A stretch of DNA of 32,000 bases, from NCBI RefSeq assembly GCF_020885515.1, contig NZ_AP024987.1, forward strand, positions 480,001-512,000, given 5' to 3'. A program made the position numbers and the translations under genes. The DNA comes from a cyanobacterium endosymbiont of Braarudosphaera bigelowii. Lineage in GTDB: Bacteria; Cyanobacteriota; Cyanobacteriia; Cyanobacteriales; Microcystaceae. A model generated the notes under the pieces. That model was not told the origin of the DNA, did no database searches, and saw only the letters and a program-made list of their open reading frames with translations. Of the stretch, positions 9,851 to 18,920 are shown in pieces. Position 1 is the stretch's first letter; every line of letters begins with the position of its first letter.

Positions 9851-10957
9851 TCAAGGCTGAGGAGAGTGGCTACGATATCTATAATAAGCTGAACAAGTTC
9901 CTTCTGAAGATACCATAGGAGCACCTAAGGGACTTTCTGGAGTACATACATTTCCAAAAGCTGGACAATCATAAGGTTTTTTTTGCCCTTGCATAATATC
10001 ACCACTAATACACACTTCTGGATACGCTGATTGAACAGTTTTATCTTTAGAAATTTTAAAGCGATTTAAAGCATCATAAAATTGATATTCAGGCCTTAAA
10101 GATAACCCACTCTCTGAAATTTCACCGATACCTCTCCAACAACGAGATACTGTTGTAAAAATTTCTTGGACTAACTGCTTTGCTAATATATTTCCTTCAA
10201 TTTTGACAGAACGAAAGTATTGATTCTTGCATTCAAACTTACCAGATTCTAGTTGTAATACACATTGATAAATTCCCTTTAAGATATCTAAAGGTTCAAA
10301 CCCTGTTACTATAATAGGAATCTTATGTTTATTGGAGATAGCTTGATAGTCTTCATATCCTGTTATTGTACAAACATGACCGGCAGCCAAAAATCCTTGT
10401 ACTGTACAATTAGGAGATGATAAAAGCATTTTCATAGCTGGCGGGACTAAAACATGGGAAACTAATAAAGAAAAATTTTTAATGTTTTGGTGTTTTGCTT
10501 GATATACAGCCATTGCTGTTGCAGGAGCTGTTGTCTCAAAACCAACAGCAAAAAAAACAATTTGTTTGTCAGGATTTTCTTGAGCAATCTTCAAACTATC
10601 TAAAGGAGAATAAACAATACGTACATCTCCTCCAGAAGCTTTTACCATAAGCAAATCTTTACTTGTCCCTGGGACTCTTAACATATCCCCGAAAGAACAA
10701 AAAATAACATTAGGTAAATTGGCTATAATCAAGGCGTAATCAATCAATTCTATAGAAGTTACGCAAACAGGACATCCTGGTCCATGTATTAAAGTTATTT
10801 CAGGGGGTAGTAGCTGATCAATCCCGTACTTAAAGATTGAGTGTGTTTGTCCACCACAAATCTCCATAATTGTCCAAGGCTGACTAACATTTTTTACAAT
10901 GTTTTTAGTAAATATTTTAACTAATTTAGAATCACGGTATTCATCAACAAATCTCAT
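9851..10957 (-). CDS. hypD: [NiFe]-hydrogenase maturation protein HypD
   Basis: 368 aa. MRFVDEYRD start, [28 protein letters not shown] and the C-terminal cysteine-rich block (CxxxxxxC...[13 protein letters not shown]). Confidence 0.93.
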   Translation of the reverse strand: MRFVDEYRDSKLVKIFTKNIVKNVSQPWTIMEICGGQTHSIFKYGIDQLLPPEITLIHGPGCPVCVTSIELIDYALIIANLPNVIFCSFGDMLRVPGTSKDLLMVKASGGDVRIVYSPLDSLKIAQENPDKQIVFFAVGFETTAPATAMAVYQAKHQNIKNFSLLVSHVLVPPAMKMLLSSPNCTVQGFLAAGHVCTITGYEDYQAISNKHKIPIIVTGFEPLDILKGIYQCVLQLESGKFECKNQYFRSVKIEGNILAKQLVQEIFTTVSRCWRGIGEISESGLSLRPEYQFYDALNRFKISKDKTVQSAYPEVCISGDIMQGQKKPYDCPAFGNVCTPESPLGAPMVSSEGTCSAYYRYRSHSPQP

Positions 10958-11239
10958 AGTTATCTTTTAAAGTATAATTTCTCTGAATAGACTCTAAATA
11001 TTAAGATTACCGGTTCGATTCTATATGTTGAATTTAATATATACAAGAAAATTAATTGTTTCTTAATTGTTGTATCTCTAAAGTTAGGTATTTGAAGATA
11101 GTAATATTCTTATAAAACTAACATAGAGTTAATTACCTAACTTCAGATAAACACTAACTTGATATTATATCCTTATAGTTGTTAAGATAAAATCTCCAGA
11201 GAAAACTTAAGTTAATTTTTAAATCGTAGGTTTTTACTT

Positions 11240-11680
11240 ATGCTGTCTCCAGAAAGCTCTTTACCACCTAATTTGGCCCGCATTGTTGAAAAGTTTAAGA
11301 AGCGTTCTGACCCCAAGAAAGGTTATGAACAATTATTATGGTATGCTAAAAAGCTGTCAGAAATGCCAGAACATATTAAAACAGAAACAAACCAAGTTAA
11401 AGGATGTGTCTCTAAAGTATATATCAGCGCAGATTTGAAAGATGGCAAAATATGGTATCAAGGAGATTCCGATGCTCAATTAGTGAAGGGATTAGTTGCT
11501 TTGCTAATTGAAGGCTTAAATGGACTAACTCCTCAAGAAATTTTAGACATAAATCCTGATTTTATTGAGGAAACAGGTTTAAAAGTTAGTTTAACGCCAT
11601 CTCGAGCTAATGGTTTCTATAACACCTTACAACTTATGAAGACTAAGGCATTAGCTTTTCAGTTAGGAATGTCAACTTGA
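11240..11680 (+). CDS. sufE: Cysteine desulfuration (sulfur acceptor) protein SufE
   Basis: 146 aa. The SufE/BolA-less pattern: P..L..IVE.F......K.YEQLL.YAK.L, the conserved persulfide-carrying Cys in VKGCVSKVYI, and a DSDAQLVKGL block. Confidence 0.85.
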   Translation: MLSPESSLPPNLARIVEKFKKRSDPKKGYEQLLWYAKKLSEMPEHIKTETNQVKGCVSKVYISADLKDGKIWYQGDSDAQLVKGLVALLIEGLNGLTPQEILDINPDFIEETGLKVSLTPSRANGFYNTLQLMKTKALAFQLGMST

Positions 11681-12146
11681 TGAATTTATTCAAGGATAAT
11701 TTAAATATTAAAATCATCTTTCAATGTAAAAAATAATTAATTTACATAAGTTACTTTTGAAGAAATATCGATGATCATCATTAAAAGATTTATGACTTAA
11801 AACTTTCGCTTAAGTTATCTTAACTTATGCACGTAAGATTAAATTGTTTTTAAAGTTACTAGTCTTGTTATTGGAATGTAATTTAAGTAAAAATAGTTTG
11901 ATTATATACTCTTCATATTTTTTAATATATCTTACTTTTTGTAAAATTCTTATATAAGACTATAGTTTAGTATTATTGCAAATCCTTTAACCATCTTGTA
12001 ATTTTAAAGGTCTTTAAACTTTCAGTATAGCTATTTCCACTAGATATTTAAGAAGTACAAGATATTTTTTTGTATTCAGTCAATTATTAATTTTAATAAA
12101 ATTATTGAAATAAGAAGAATTAATTATTTAACATACATAAGTTTTG

Positions 12147-12192
12147 TTGATAAATAAGAATGATTTTCAAAGAAATCATTCTTATTTATCAA
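12147..12192 (-). terminator. Perfect 20-bp stem / 6-nt loop hairpin, 36 nt downstream of the dacB-like stop (also faces the distant sufE 3' end)
   Basis: TTGATAAATAAGAATGATTT-TCAAAG-AAATCATTCTTATTTATCAA. The stem is entirely AT-rich. No clear U-tract on either strand. Confidence 0.4.
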
Positions 12193-12227
12193 AATGTTTT
12201 GAAACAGATAACTAACTCTAGCTTAAT

Positions 12228-13118
12228 CTAGTAGCTGCAATTATTTACCTTACTTAACTGTATTATGATTTTATCTATTTCTTTAATTAAATTTGAGCCT
12301 GAAACATTAGAGTTGTTAACTAAAACACTAAAAACTACCATACCAAAATAAGGATGGTTTATGTAGCCAGATAATGCTCTTACATTCCTTAAAGTCCCTG
12401 TCTTCGCATAGACGAATCCTTGAGCGGGAGTACTCTTCATGCGATGACGAAGAGTACCTGTTAAACCAGCGACAGGTAAAGAAGTATAAAAATGTTTTTT
12501 AGCGGCAGTATAGTAAGTGGCTCTTAAAATAGTAACTAAAGAACGAGGTGTAGCTACATTACGGCGAGATAATCCTGAACCATCAACTTGACGAAAACTG
12601 TTAGAATCAATGCCCAGCTCCGCTAAAGTATTTTTTGCAGTTTGATGTCCACCAACATAACGAAGTAATGTATCTGCATAGTAATTATTACTCTTAAGAT
12701 TTGTAATATTAATCCAAGATTTTAAAGTTTTTGACCCGATTTTTGACTTAGGATTAAATAATTGCAATGCTGCAGCGGTAGTAAAAATCTTATTGTTAGA
12801 AGCAGGAATAAAATATTTATCTGGATTATGACTATATAGTATAGTCCCATCTTCTAATTTTTCTACTAACACTCCCCAATGCTTTCCATGAGAAAGAATG
12901 ATATTATTTAACTGTTTATGGACTAAGAGCCTACAGGACTTAGTTTCAACCGTGCTAGGTTTATTTGTATATGGTTGAACAAAATTTACGTTATGGTGGG
13001 GTAAAGACTGTTTTCGAGGAAGATTTAAATCACTAGCAAAACCGTTATTAGTCCAAGTAAAGAAAGTTATAGCTAAAATAGCTTTTTTGGAAAACAAAAA
13101 AAAATTAGGCAGTGTCAT
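12228..13118 (-). CDS. PBP4/DacB-family (peptidase S13-like) D-alanyl-D-alanine carboxypeptidase/endopeptidase, unusually short
   Basis: 296 aa. N-terminal signal-peptide-like segment (ILAITFFTWTNNGFA). SxxK in IPAS107NNKIFTTAAAL, SxN in KS143NNYYAD, the family block DGSGLSRRN, and KTG in YAK239TGTL. Confidence 0.8.
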   Translation of the reverse strand: MTLPNFFLFSKKAILAITFFTWTNNGFASDLNLPRKQSLPHHNVNFVQPYTNKPSTVETKSCRLLVHKQLNNIILSHGKHWGVLVEKLEDGTILYSHNPDKYFIPASNNKIFTTAAALQLFNPKSKIGSKTLKSWINITNLKSNNYYADTLLRYVGGHQTAKNTLAELGIDSNSFRQVDGSGLSRRNVATPRSLVTILRATYYTAAKKHFYTSLPVAGLTGTLRHRMKSTPAQGFVYAKTGTLRNVRALSGYINHPYFGMVVFSVLVNNSNVSGSNLIKEIDKIIIQLSKVNNCSY

Positions 13119-13381
13119 AACAATGGTTTCTTAGTTATTCATGTTAAATCTGAGACATTAGAAAAAATTCGGATTCTTCCTGTAAATTAAGAAATAACCC
13201 TATATTAGTCTCTTTTTAAATTTTGATATAGGTTAAACAAATATTTTAAAAATATAATACTCTTCTGAAAGAGAAATGTTTAATTTTCTATTTAATATCT
13301 AAATGATAAAAAATCTTTAGTAGGAAAAATGTAATTAATGAAATATTATTGAACTAGCAACTATATAATAGTTTATTAATT

Positions 13382-14026
13382 ATGATGGTATCAGATTCTT
13401 GTACTCGTGGGTTAGGGTTACATACTACCAGCACTCAGTTAGGACTTAGTTTAAGCAGACAAGACCGAAAAAAAAATACTAAAGTTTGGAATGTTAATCG
13501 CCAATTATCAAGTCGTTTTCATAAAATTTTACAAGAATTTATTCAACCTCAGGGATGGAAAGATATTAATTTTGTTGCTGTAGCAAAAGGTCCGGGAAGT
13601 TTTACTGGTACCAGAATTGGCATGACTGCCGCTCGTACAATAGCTCAGCAACTCGAGATTCCCTTATTCAGTATTTCTACTCTAGCAGCATTTGCTTGGT
13701 TCCATAAGAATGACAAGCTATTCAAAGACTTCATAGCTATACAAATGAAAGCTTCAAGAGGACAAATTTATGGAGCAGTCTATGAAAAAAAATCTAAAGG
13801 AAATGGCTTAATTACAGTTATTGATGATACTGTAATGGAATTGGACAAATGGAAAAAAGTTTTAGAAGATATGAACTTATTTTGTGAGCCTCTAATTGTT
13901 ACATCAGAGATAGGAGTTACAGCTTGTAGCATTTTGGAATTAGCAGAATTTGATTGGGAACAAGGGAAGCGTCCTCATTTTTCAGAAAGCAAACCATTTT
14001 ATGGATATTCAAGTATTACTAAATAG
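13382..14026 (+). CDS. tsaB: tRNA t6A37 biosynthesis protein TsaB (YeaZ)
   Basis: 214 aa. LGLHTTSTQLGLSL (the ASKHA-fold N-terminus) and the diagnostic KGPGSFTGTRIGMTAARTIAQ block. Confidence 0.85.
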   Translation: MMVSDSCTRGLGLHTTSTQLGLSLSRQDRKKNTKVWNVNRQLSSRFHKILQEFIQPQGWKDINFVAVAKGPGSFTGTRIGMTAARTIAQQLEIPLFSISTLAAFAWFHKNDKLFKDFIAIQMKASRGQIYGAVYEKKSKGNGLITVIDDTVMELDKWKKVLEDMNLFCEPLIVTSEIGVTACSILELAEFDWEQGKRPHFSESKPFYGYSSITK

Positions 14027-14195
14027 CTAAGGTTCATAAAATAAAAAATTCAGACAAAAATAAATACTTAGTATCATTAAGAATAATAAAAAAGATTATA
14101 GATACTGAAGTTTGTAACAATATTAAATTTTATAATTATGCCCCAATTTTCTAAAACATAAAACTAAACATTTGGTTCATGATACCTTCTATTTT

Positions 14196-15182
14196 ATGGA
14201 TAAGAACAACCTTTTACGCTTTATTCCTCCCTGTTTCAGTCTAGTAGTATTTGCCTTGTCTATATGGACTATACAGAATAATTTTCAACATTACCAAGCC
14301 GCAAATGTCTGGGATAGTCTATCTAAGATTCCTTCATCCTCTATTTTTTGGGCAATTGTTTGCATGAGTGTTAATTATCTTGTGATGACAGGGTATGAAT
14401 GCCTTGCCCTCTCTTATGTCCGTCGGACATTACCATATCGAAAAAAAATCTTGGTTGGCATTATTTGTTCCGGAATTAGTAATAGTATAGGATTTGCTGT
14501 TCTAAGTAGTTGTATGATCCGTTATAGATTTTACTCTACTTGGGGATTTTCCATGATTACAATTGCACAAATTTCAGCCTTTTGTAATCTATCATTTTGT
14601 TTAGGATTATTTAGTATTGGTAGTATTCTCTTTCTAAAAGAATCTTTGGCAATTCCTCGTTTGTTGGACATTCCTTTTCTCTCAGTTCGTCCTTTGGGAA
14701 TAATTTTTTTAATTATAATTCTCGTTTATTTATTTTTTACGGTAGTTCGTCAAAAGCCTTTATTTATAGGGAAATGGGTTATTCCTCATCTTTCTCCTCA
14801 ACTAGCAATTGGTCAACTCGTTATCTCTAGTCTAGATTGGGCTCTTGCTGCAATGGTTTTTTATATTCTTTTACAAACTTCGATATCTTTATCTTATCCT
14901 GCTTTTTTTGGAATCTATATCCTGGCTCAAGTAGCAGGATTAGCTAGTAATGTTCCAGGAGGACTAGGTGTTTTTGAAACAGTAATGATCTTGTTACTTG
15001 CTCCATTTATTAAATCGGAGGAATTATTAGGTACTTTATTGATTTATCGTGGAATTTATTATTTTATTCCTTTAGGAATAGCTATTTTACTTCTAGGTAA
15101 ATATGAATTGAGCAACTTTTTTAATAACAAAAATACTAACATCTCTACTTCTGTTATTAATAAAATAAAAAGTAAGCTATAA
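14196..15182 (+). CDS. UPF0104 / LPG-synthase-TM (flippase-like) family integral membrane protein
   Basis: Polytopic membrane protein with about 8 hydrophobic segments and PGGLGVFE near the C-terminus (TIGR00374-type motif). The ORF track starts at TTG 14172; the first ATG is 14196. Neither has a clear SD, so the 5' end is uncertain by 8 codons. Confidence 0.75.
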   Translation: MDKNNLLRFIPPCFSLVVFALSIWTIQNNFQHYQAANVWDSLSKIPSSSIFWAIVCMSVNYLVMTGYECLALSYVRRTLPYRKKILVGIICSGISNSIGFAVLSSCMIRYRFYSTWGFSMITIAQISAFCNLSFCLGLFSIGSILFLKESLAIPRLLDIPFLSVRPLGIIFLIIILVYLFFTVVRQKPLFIGKWVIPHLSPQLAIGQLVISSLDWALAAMVFYILLQTSISLSYPAFFGIYILAQVAGLASNVPGGLGVFETVMILLLAPFIKSEELLGTLLIYRGIYYFIPLGIAILLLGKYELSNFFNNKNTNISTSVINKIKSKL

Positions 15183-15383
15183 GCTTCTTCATTTTTTTTA
15201 AACAGTTCGAATTATTTATATATTTGAAAAGAAAATATTCATAGCCATAAATAAAGTTATTAAAATCTACGTACTATATATGACGTATTGCACCTAAATT
15301 TTCGACCTATATTTCTATTAAAAAAAGTATTATTCACATTTTATTTCTTAAATAATTCAATTAGTATATTGATTAATAAAATA

Positions 15384-16724
15384 CTACTTTAATCTTAGAC
15401 TATATATCATCATATTTTCATTAGCCTCGTTTAAAATATTTTCTATTATTTCACTTGAACCTAAAATTCTCCAGCTACAGCTTTTAGCTAAATAACTCTG
15501 GACAGCCTTGCTTATCCTATAAGTGCTATGAGCGGCAATTCCACCTTGGAGAATAGCGCTAGTTCCATAAATCTCTATAGCTGTTGGTTTATCTAGTACA
15601 TTGGTAATCATCATTATTGTTTTACTAATACTCAATACTAAACCAGTAAAAACTTCACTAAGAAGTAATTTACCGGAACTAAAAAAGATCTGAAACCATA
15701 ATTTGTCTATGTTGTGATTAGTAATTGGTAACGCATACAAATAAAATAGTTTTCTAATTAATGCTAAGTCAATTAATAATCCTATGCAAATATCTAAAAC
15801 AGCAATAGGATTAAAAGTAACTATTAAAGATTTGTACTTCACATATTTCTTAATAATATATTCAGCATCTTTTTCAAGTATTTGAATAATTTTAAGAGCA
15901 ATATTTTCTTCAGCTTGCTTTACTTGTAGTAAAACATTTAGACACAGAAGATAACGTCCTTCATTATTTACAACACCTAATATTTTATGTCTCAAACTTT
16001 TTATCTGAGGAGTTTGAATTTCTACCTCTTTTTTAACTTTTCCATCAACATTTCTAATCTTTATAGGTATAGTTTTAGGAGAGGCAGCTACTAAAACTAT
16101 GTCTTGAATATTAATTAATAGTTTTTCTTCATTCTTAAAATCTTTACTAAATTCTTGTAATTGTTTATAAATATTAAGACAAGTTTTTTCTGGATATAAA
16201 TCAATTTTATTAAACACTAAGATAATAGGTTTTAATAATTTTTTTAAGTATATCAAGGCTTTGTATTCAGTTTCAACAATATCTTCAGAAATTACAAATA
16301 ATATTAGATCCGATTCTTCTGTAACTTCTCGAAACATTGTTGAATTTTGAATTTCATTTATTTCATCTAGCCCCGGAGTATCAATAAACTCTAGCATGAC
16401 TTTTGTGTCATCAGGCATCCAACGAAAAGATTTTGGCCACTTTGTAGTTCCATTAACTGGTTCACTATTAAAAACATATTGACCAACTAATGCATTGGCA
16501 ATGGCAGACTTACCCCGACTAGCTAATCCAAAAGTAGCAATTTTAACAACATTGTTATTAACTTTTTCTAGTGCTATTTTAATTACTTGTAATTCCTTTT
16601 TAATAGCTGCTTGCAGTGCTATATTTTTAGGATAATTCGATAAACTGTTAGTATACCGAGATAAAGAGTCCTGAAGACTAGTATAGGTTTGTTGTATATA
16701 AAAATCTTGCTGATCCAAAACCAA
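15384..16724 (-). CDS. Membrane-associated small GTPase (Era/HSR1-like G domain plus hydrophobic C-terminal DUF697-like region)
   Basis: 446 aa. G1 GLASRGKS, G3 DTPGLDE, G4 NKIDL. The C-terminal third is hydrophobic. The assigned start is TTG 16724, directly abutting the lpxB stop in the same frame. The first in-frame ATG is codon 103, downstream of G1, so a non-ATG start is required. Confidence 0.8.
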   Translation of the reverse strand: MVLDQQDFYIQQTYTSLQDSLSRYTNSLSNYPKNIALQAAIKKELQVIKIALEKVNNNVVKIATFGLASRGKSAIANALVGQYVFNSEPVNGTTKWPKSFRWMPDDTKVMLEFIDTPGLDEINEIQNSTMFREVTEESDLILFVISEDIVETEYKALIYLKKLLKPIILVFNKIDLYPEKTCLNIYKQLQEFSKDFKNEEKLLINIQDIVLVAASPKTIPIKIRNVDGKVKKEVEIQTPQIKSLRHKILGVVNNEGRYLLCLNVLLQVKQAEENIALKIIQILEKDAEYIIKKYVKYKSLIVTFNPIAVLDICIGLLIDLALIRKLFYLYALPITNHNIDKLWFQIFFSSGKLLLSEVFTGLVLSISKTIMMITNVLDKPTAIEIYGTSAILQGGIAAHSTYRISKAVQSYLAKSCSWRILGSSEIIENILNEANENMMIYSLRLK

Positions 16725-17891
16725 TTACTTTAAGGTGTTCTTATAATGTAAAATCTCGTTAGCTACACGATCACAAACTCCTGTTTCTCCTAGAAGAGAT
16801 CGCATTTCTTTATAGTTTGATAATGTTTTTTGGCGATATTCACTATTTAATAATAACTCTAAAGATTTTTTAACAATACATTCTACAGTAGCGTCTTCTT
16901 GTAGTAATTCAGGTACTATTTCTTTCATCATGATTAAATTTGGAGGTGACATGAAAGGGATAGAGAATTTAAGAATATTTCTAGCAATCCACATAGTTAG
17001 AGGGTTAACTAAACATAATACTAGCTGAGGGACATTTAAAAGAGCTAACTCTAAATTGACAGTCCCTGATTTTGCAATGGCAAAATCAGCGGCAGCCATA
17101 GCTTCCATAGCAGAACCATCTAATAATGTAATTGATAAATCATATTTTTTAACTATTTTTTCGATAGTATCATAATACTCCTTCAAAGAAACAGGTAATA
17201 AAAAGTGGAGATCTGGAACTTTTTCCTGTAATTGCTTAGCAGCTTTACAAATTAAAGGTAAGTGATATTTTAGTTCTTGATATCTAGAAGCTGGAAATAG
17301 GGCAATAACAGGTTTACCGACTTCTAATCCCAATGACTGACGTGCTAATTCCTTTGTTGGAGCTTTTTCTATTCTATCCAGTAAGGGATGACCTACCCAT
17401 TTAACATTAATATTTTTTTGTTCAAAAAACCTAGCTTCTTCTGGAAAAATTGCTAATAGGAGATCAGTTATTTCAGCAAATTGTTCAATCGTTTTATTAT
17501 TAGGAGACCAGACCCAAGACTGGGGTGCAATGTAATAAATAATCGGTACTTGAGGCAGATTTTTTCGGACATACTTACCAAGGGAAACATTAGGTCCCAT
17601 ATAATCCAGTAAAACCAAAATATCTGGAGGATTATCTTTTAAATAAGCTTTTACTCTATTTTGCATCCGCCAAGTAGGTATGATAAAAGGCAGTGCTTCT
17701 ACAATACCAATAGAACCGATAGCTGCTGTATTACCAAGCAAATTAGCACCGGCAGAAAGCATAGCATCACCTCCTAATGCCATAATTTCTATGGAGATGT
17801 CTTGAGATTTTGCTTGGCGATAAAGAGCTTCAACTAACATTGAACCCTGTAAATCACCAGAAACTTCACCTGTACTAACAAAAATTTTCAT
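16725..17891 (-). CDS. lpxB: Lipid-A-disaccharide synthase
   Basis: 388 aa. MKIFVSTGEVSGDLQG N-terminus, YYIAPQSWVWS and KSGTVNLELAL blocks characteristic of LpxB. Starts 24 nt downstream of lpxA. Confidence 0.93.
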   Translation of the reverse strand: MKIFVSTGEVSGDLQGSMLVEALYRQAKSQDISIEIMALGGDAMLSAGANLLGNTAAIGSIGIVEALPFIIPTWRMQNRVKAYLKDNPPDILVLLDYMGPNVSLGKYVRKNLPQVPIIYYIAPQSWVWSPNNKTIEQFAEITDLLLAIFPEEARFFEQKNINVKWVGHPLLDRIEKAPTKELARQSLGLEVGKPVIALFPASRYQELKYHLPLICKAAKQLQEKVPDLHFLLPVSLKEYYDTIEKIVKKYDLSITLLDGSAMEAMAAADFAIAKSGTVNLELALLNVPQLVLCLVNPLTMWIARNILKFSIPFMSPPNLIMMKEIVPELLQEDATVECIVKKSLELLLNSEYRQKTLSNYKEMRSLLGETGVCDRVANEILHYKNTLK

Positions 17892-17915
17892 TAATTACTT
17901 TAATCTCTAATTATT

Positions 17916-18713
17916 TTAATGTTTACCTGGAATTAATCCACGTCTTTTTTCTCCTGTAATTGATAATTGCAGAAATTGATGTAGATATCTAGTATATTCA
18001 TTACTATTAAAAGTTTGTAGTTGCTTTAATACTTGCTGTAAAGTCAAGCCAGAATGGTATAACAAACGAAATGCTTGTTTAAGATGACGAATATCTTCGA
18101 CAGTAAGTCCAGCACGTTTTAATCCGATTAGATTAAGGGATCTTACTCTAGAAGGGTTTCCTTCAATCATCATGAATGGAGGTGCATCACGATCAATTCT
18201 ACTCATACCTCCTAACATAGCATTACGACCAACTCTTACAAATTGATGTACTCCTAAAGCTCCGCCAACAACAGCTCTAGACTCAATATGGACATGTCCC
18301 GCAAGAGACACAGAATTAGCAATAATTATATTATCTTCTAGTAAACAATTGTGAGCAACATGCACATAAGCCATCAGTAAATTATTGTTACCAATTTTAG
18401 TAACTTCATTAGCATAAGTTGCACGATTGATTGTTACGAACTCTCGAATTGTATTTCCGTTACCAATTTCGACACGGCTAGAACAATTTTTATATTTTAA
18501 ATCTTGCGGAGCCGCCCCGATAACTGCACTAGGAAATATACGGTTATTCATTCCAATTTCTGTTGGACCTTCAATAACTGCATGAGAGCCAATAATCGTT
18601 TGTGCACCTACTTTAACCTGATCGCCAATGACAGCATAAGGTCCTACCTCAGTAGTAGGGTGTAGTTGTGCATTCTTATGAATGATAGCTGTAGGATGAA
18701 TTAGCGTATTCAA
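17916..18713 (-). CDS. lpxA: Acyl-ACP:UDP-N-acetylglucosamine O-acyltransferase
   Basis: 265 aa. IHPTAII start, left-handed beta-helix hexapeptide repeats, HVAHNC, GG.S.I..D.PPF and a C-terminal helical domain. The start is TTG 18713 with GGGAGA 7 nt upstream. Confidence 0.93.
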   Translation of the reverse strand: MNTLIHPTAIIHKNAQLHPTTEVGPYAVIGDQVKVGAQTIIGSHAVIEGPTEIGMNNRIFPSAVIGAAPQDLKYKNCSSRVEIGNGNTIREFVTINRATYANEVTKIGNNNLLMAYVHVAHNCLLEDNIIIANSVSLAGHVHIESRAVVGGALGVHQFVRVGRNAMLGGMSRIDRDAPPFMMIEGNPSRVRSLNLIGLKRAGLTVEDIRHLKQAFRLLYHSGLTLQQVLKQLQTFNSNEYTRYLHQFLQLSITGEKRRGLIPGKH

Positions 18714-18920
18714 CAGGTTATCTCCCTTTAGATAGATTCATTATTGAATTTAGTTATAAAGTACACAATAAAAGTTTTCAAGGGAACAGGAAAAGAAGAA
18801 TTGAGGACATTATTAATGTGACGCAAAATCTTGATTTTGGATTCTAAATTAATAAGTTTTCTAGCTATAAATCAATGGAAAATACAATTATTAATCAATA
18901 AAAATTTTTAAAGATAATTT

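Noticed and set aside
11007-11025. tRNA-like T-arm string ACCGGTTCGATTC in the hypD-sufE spacer
   Set aside because: GGTTCGATTC matches the tRNA T-loop consensus, but the flanking 5-mers (ACCGG / CTATA) cannot form a T-stem. No acceptor, D or anticodon arms can be drawn on either strand. It is a chance match or an unrecognisably decayed remnant, not a tRNA gene.
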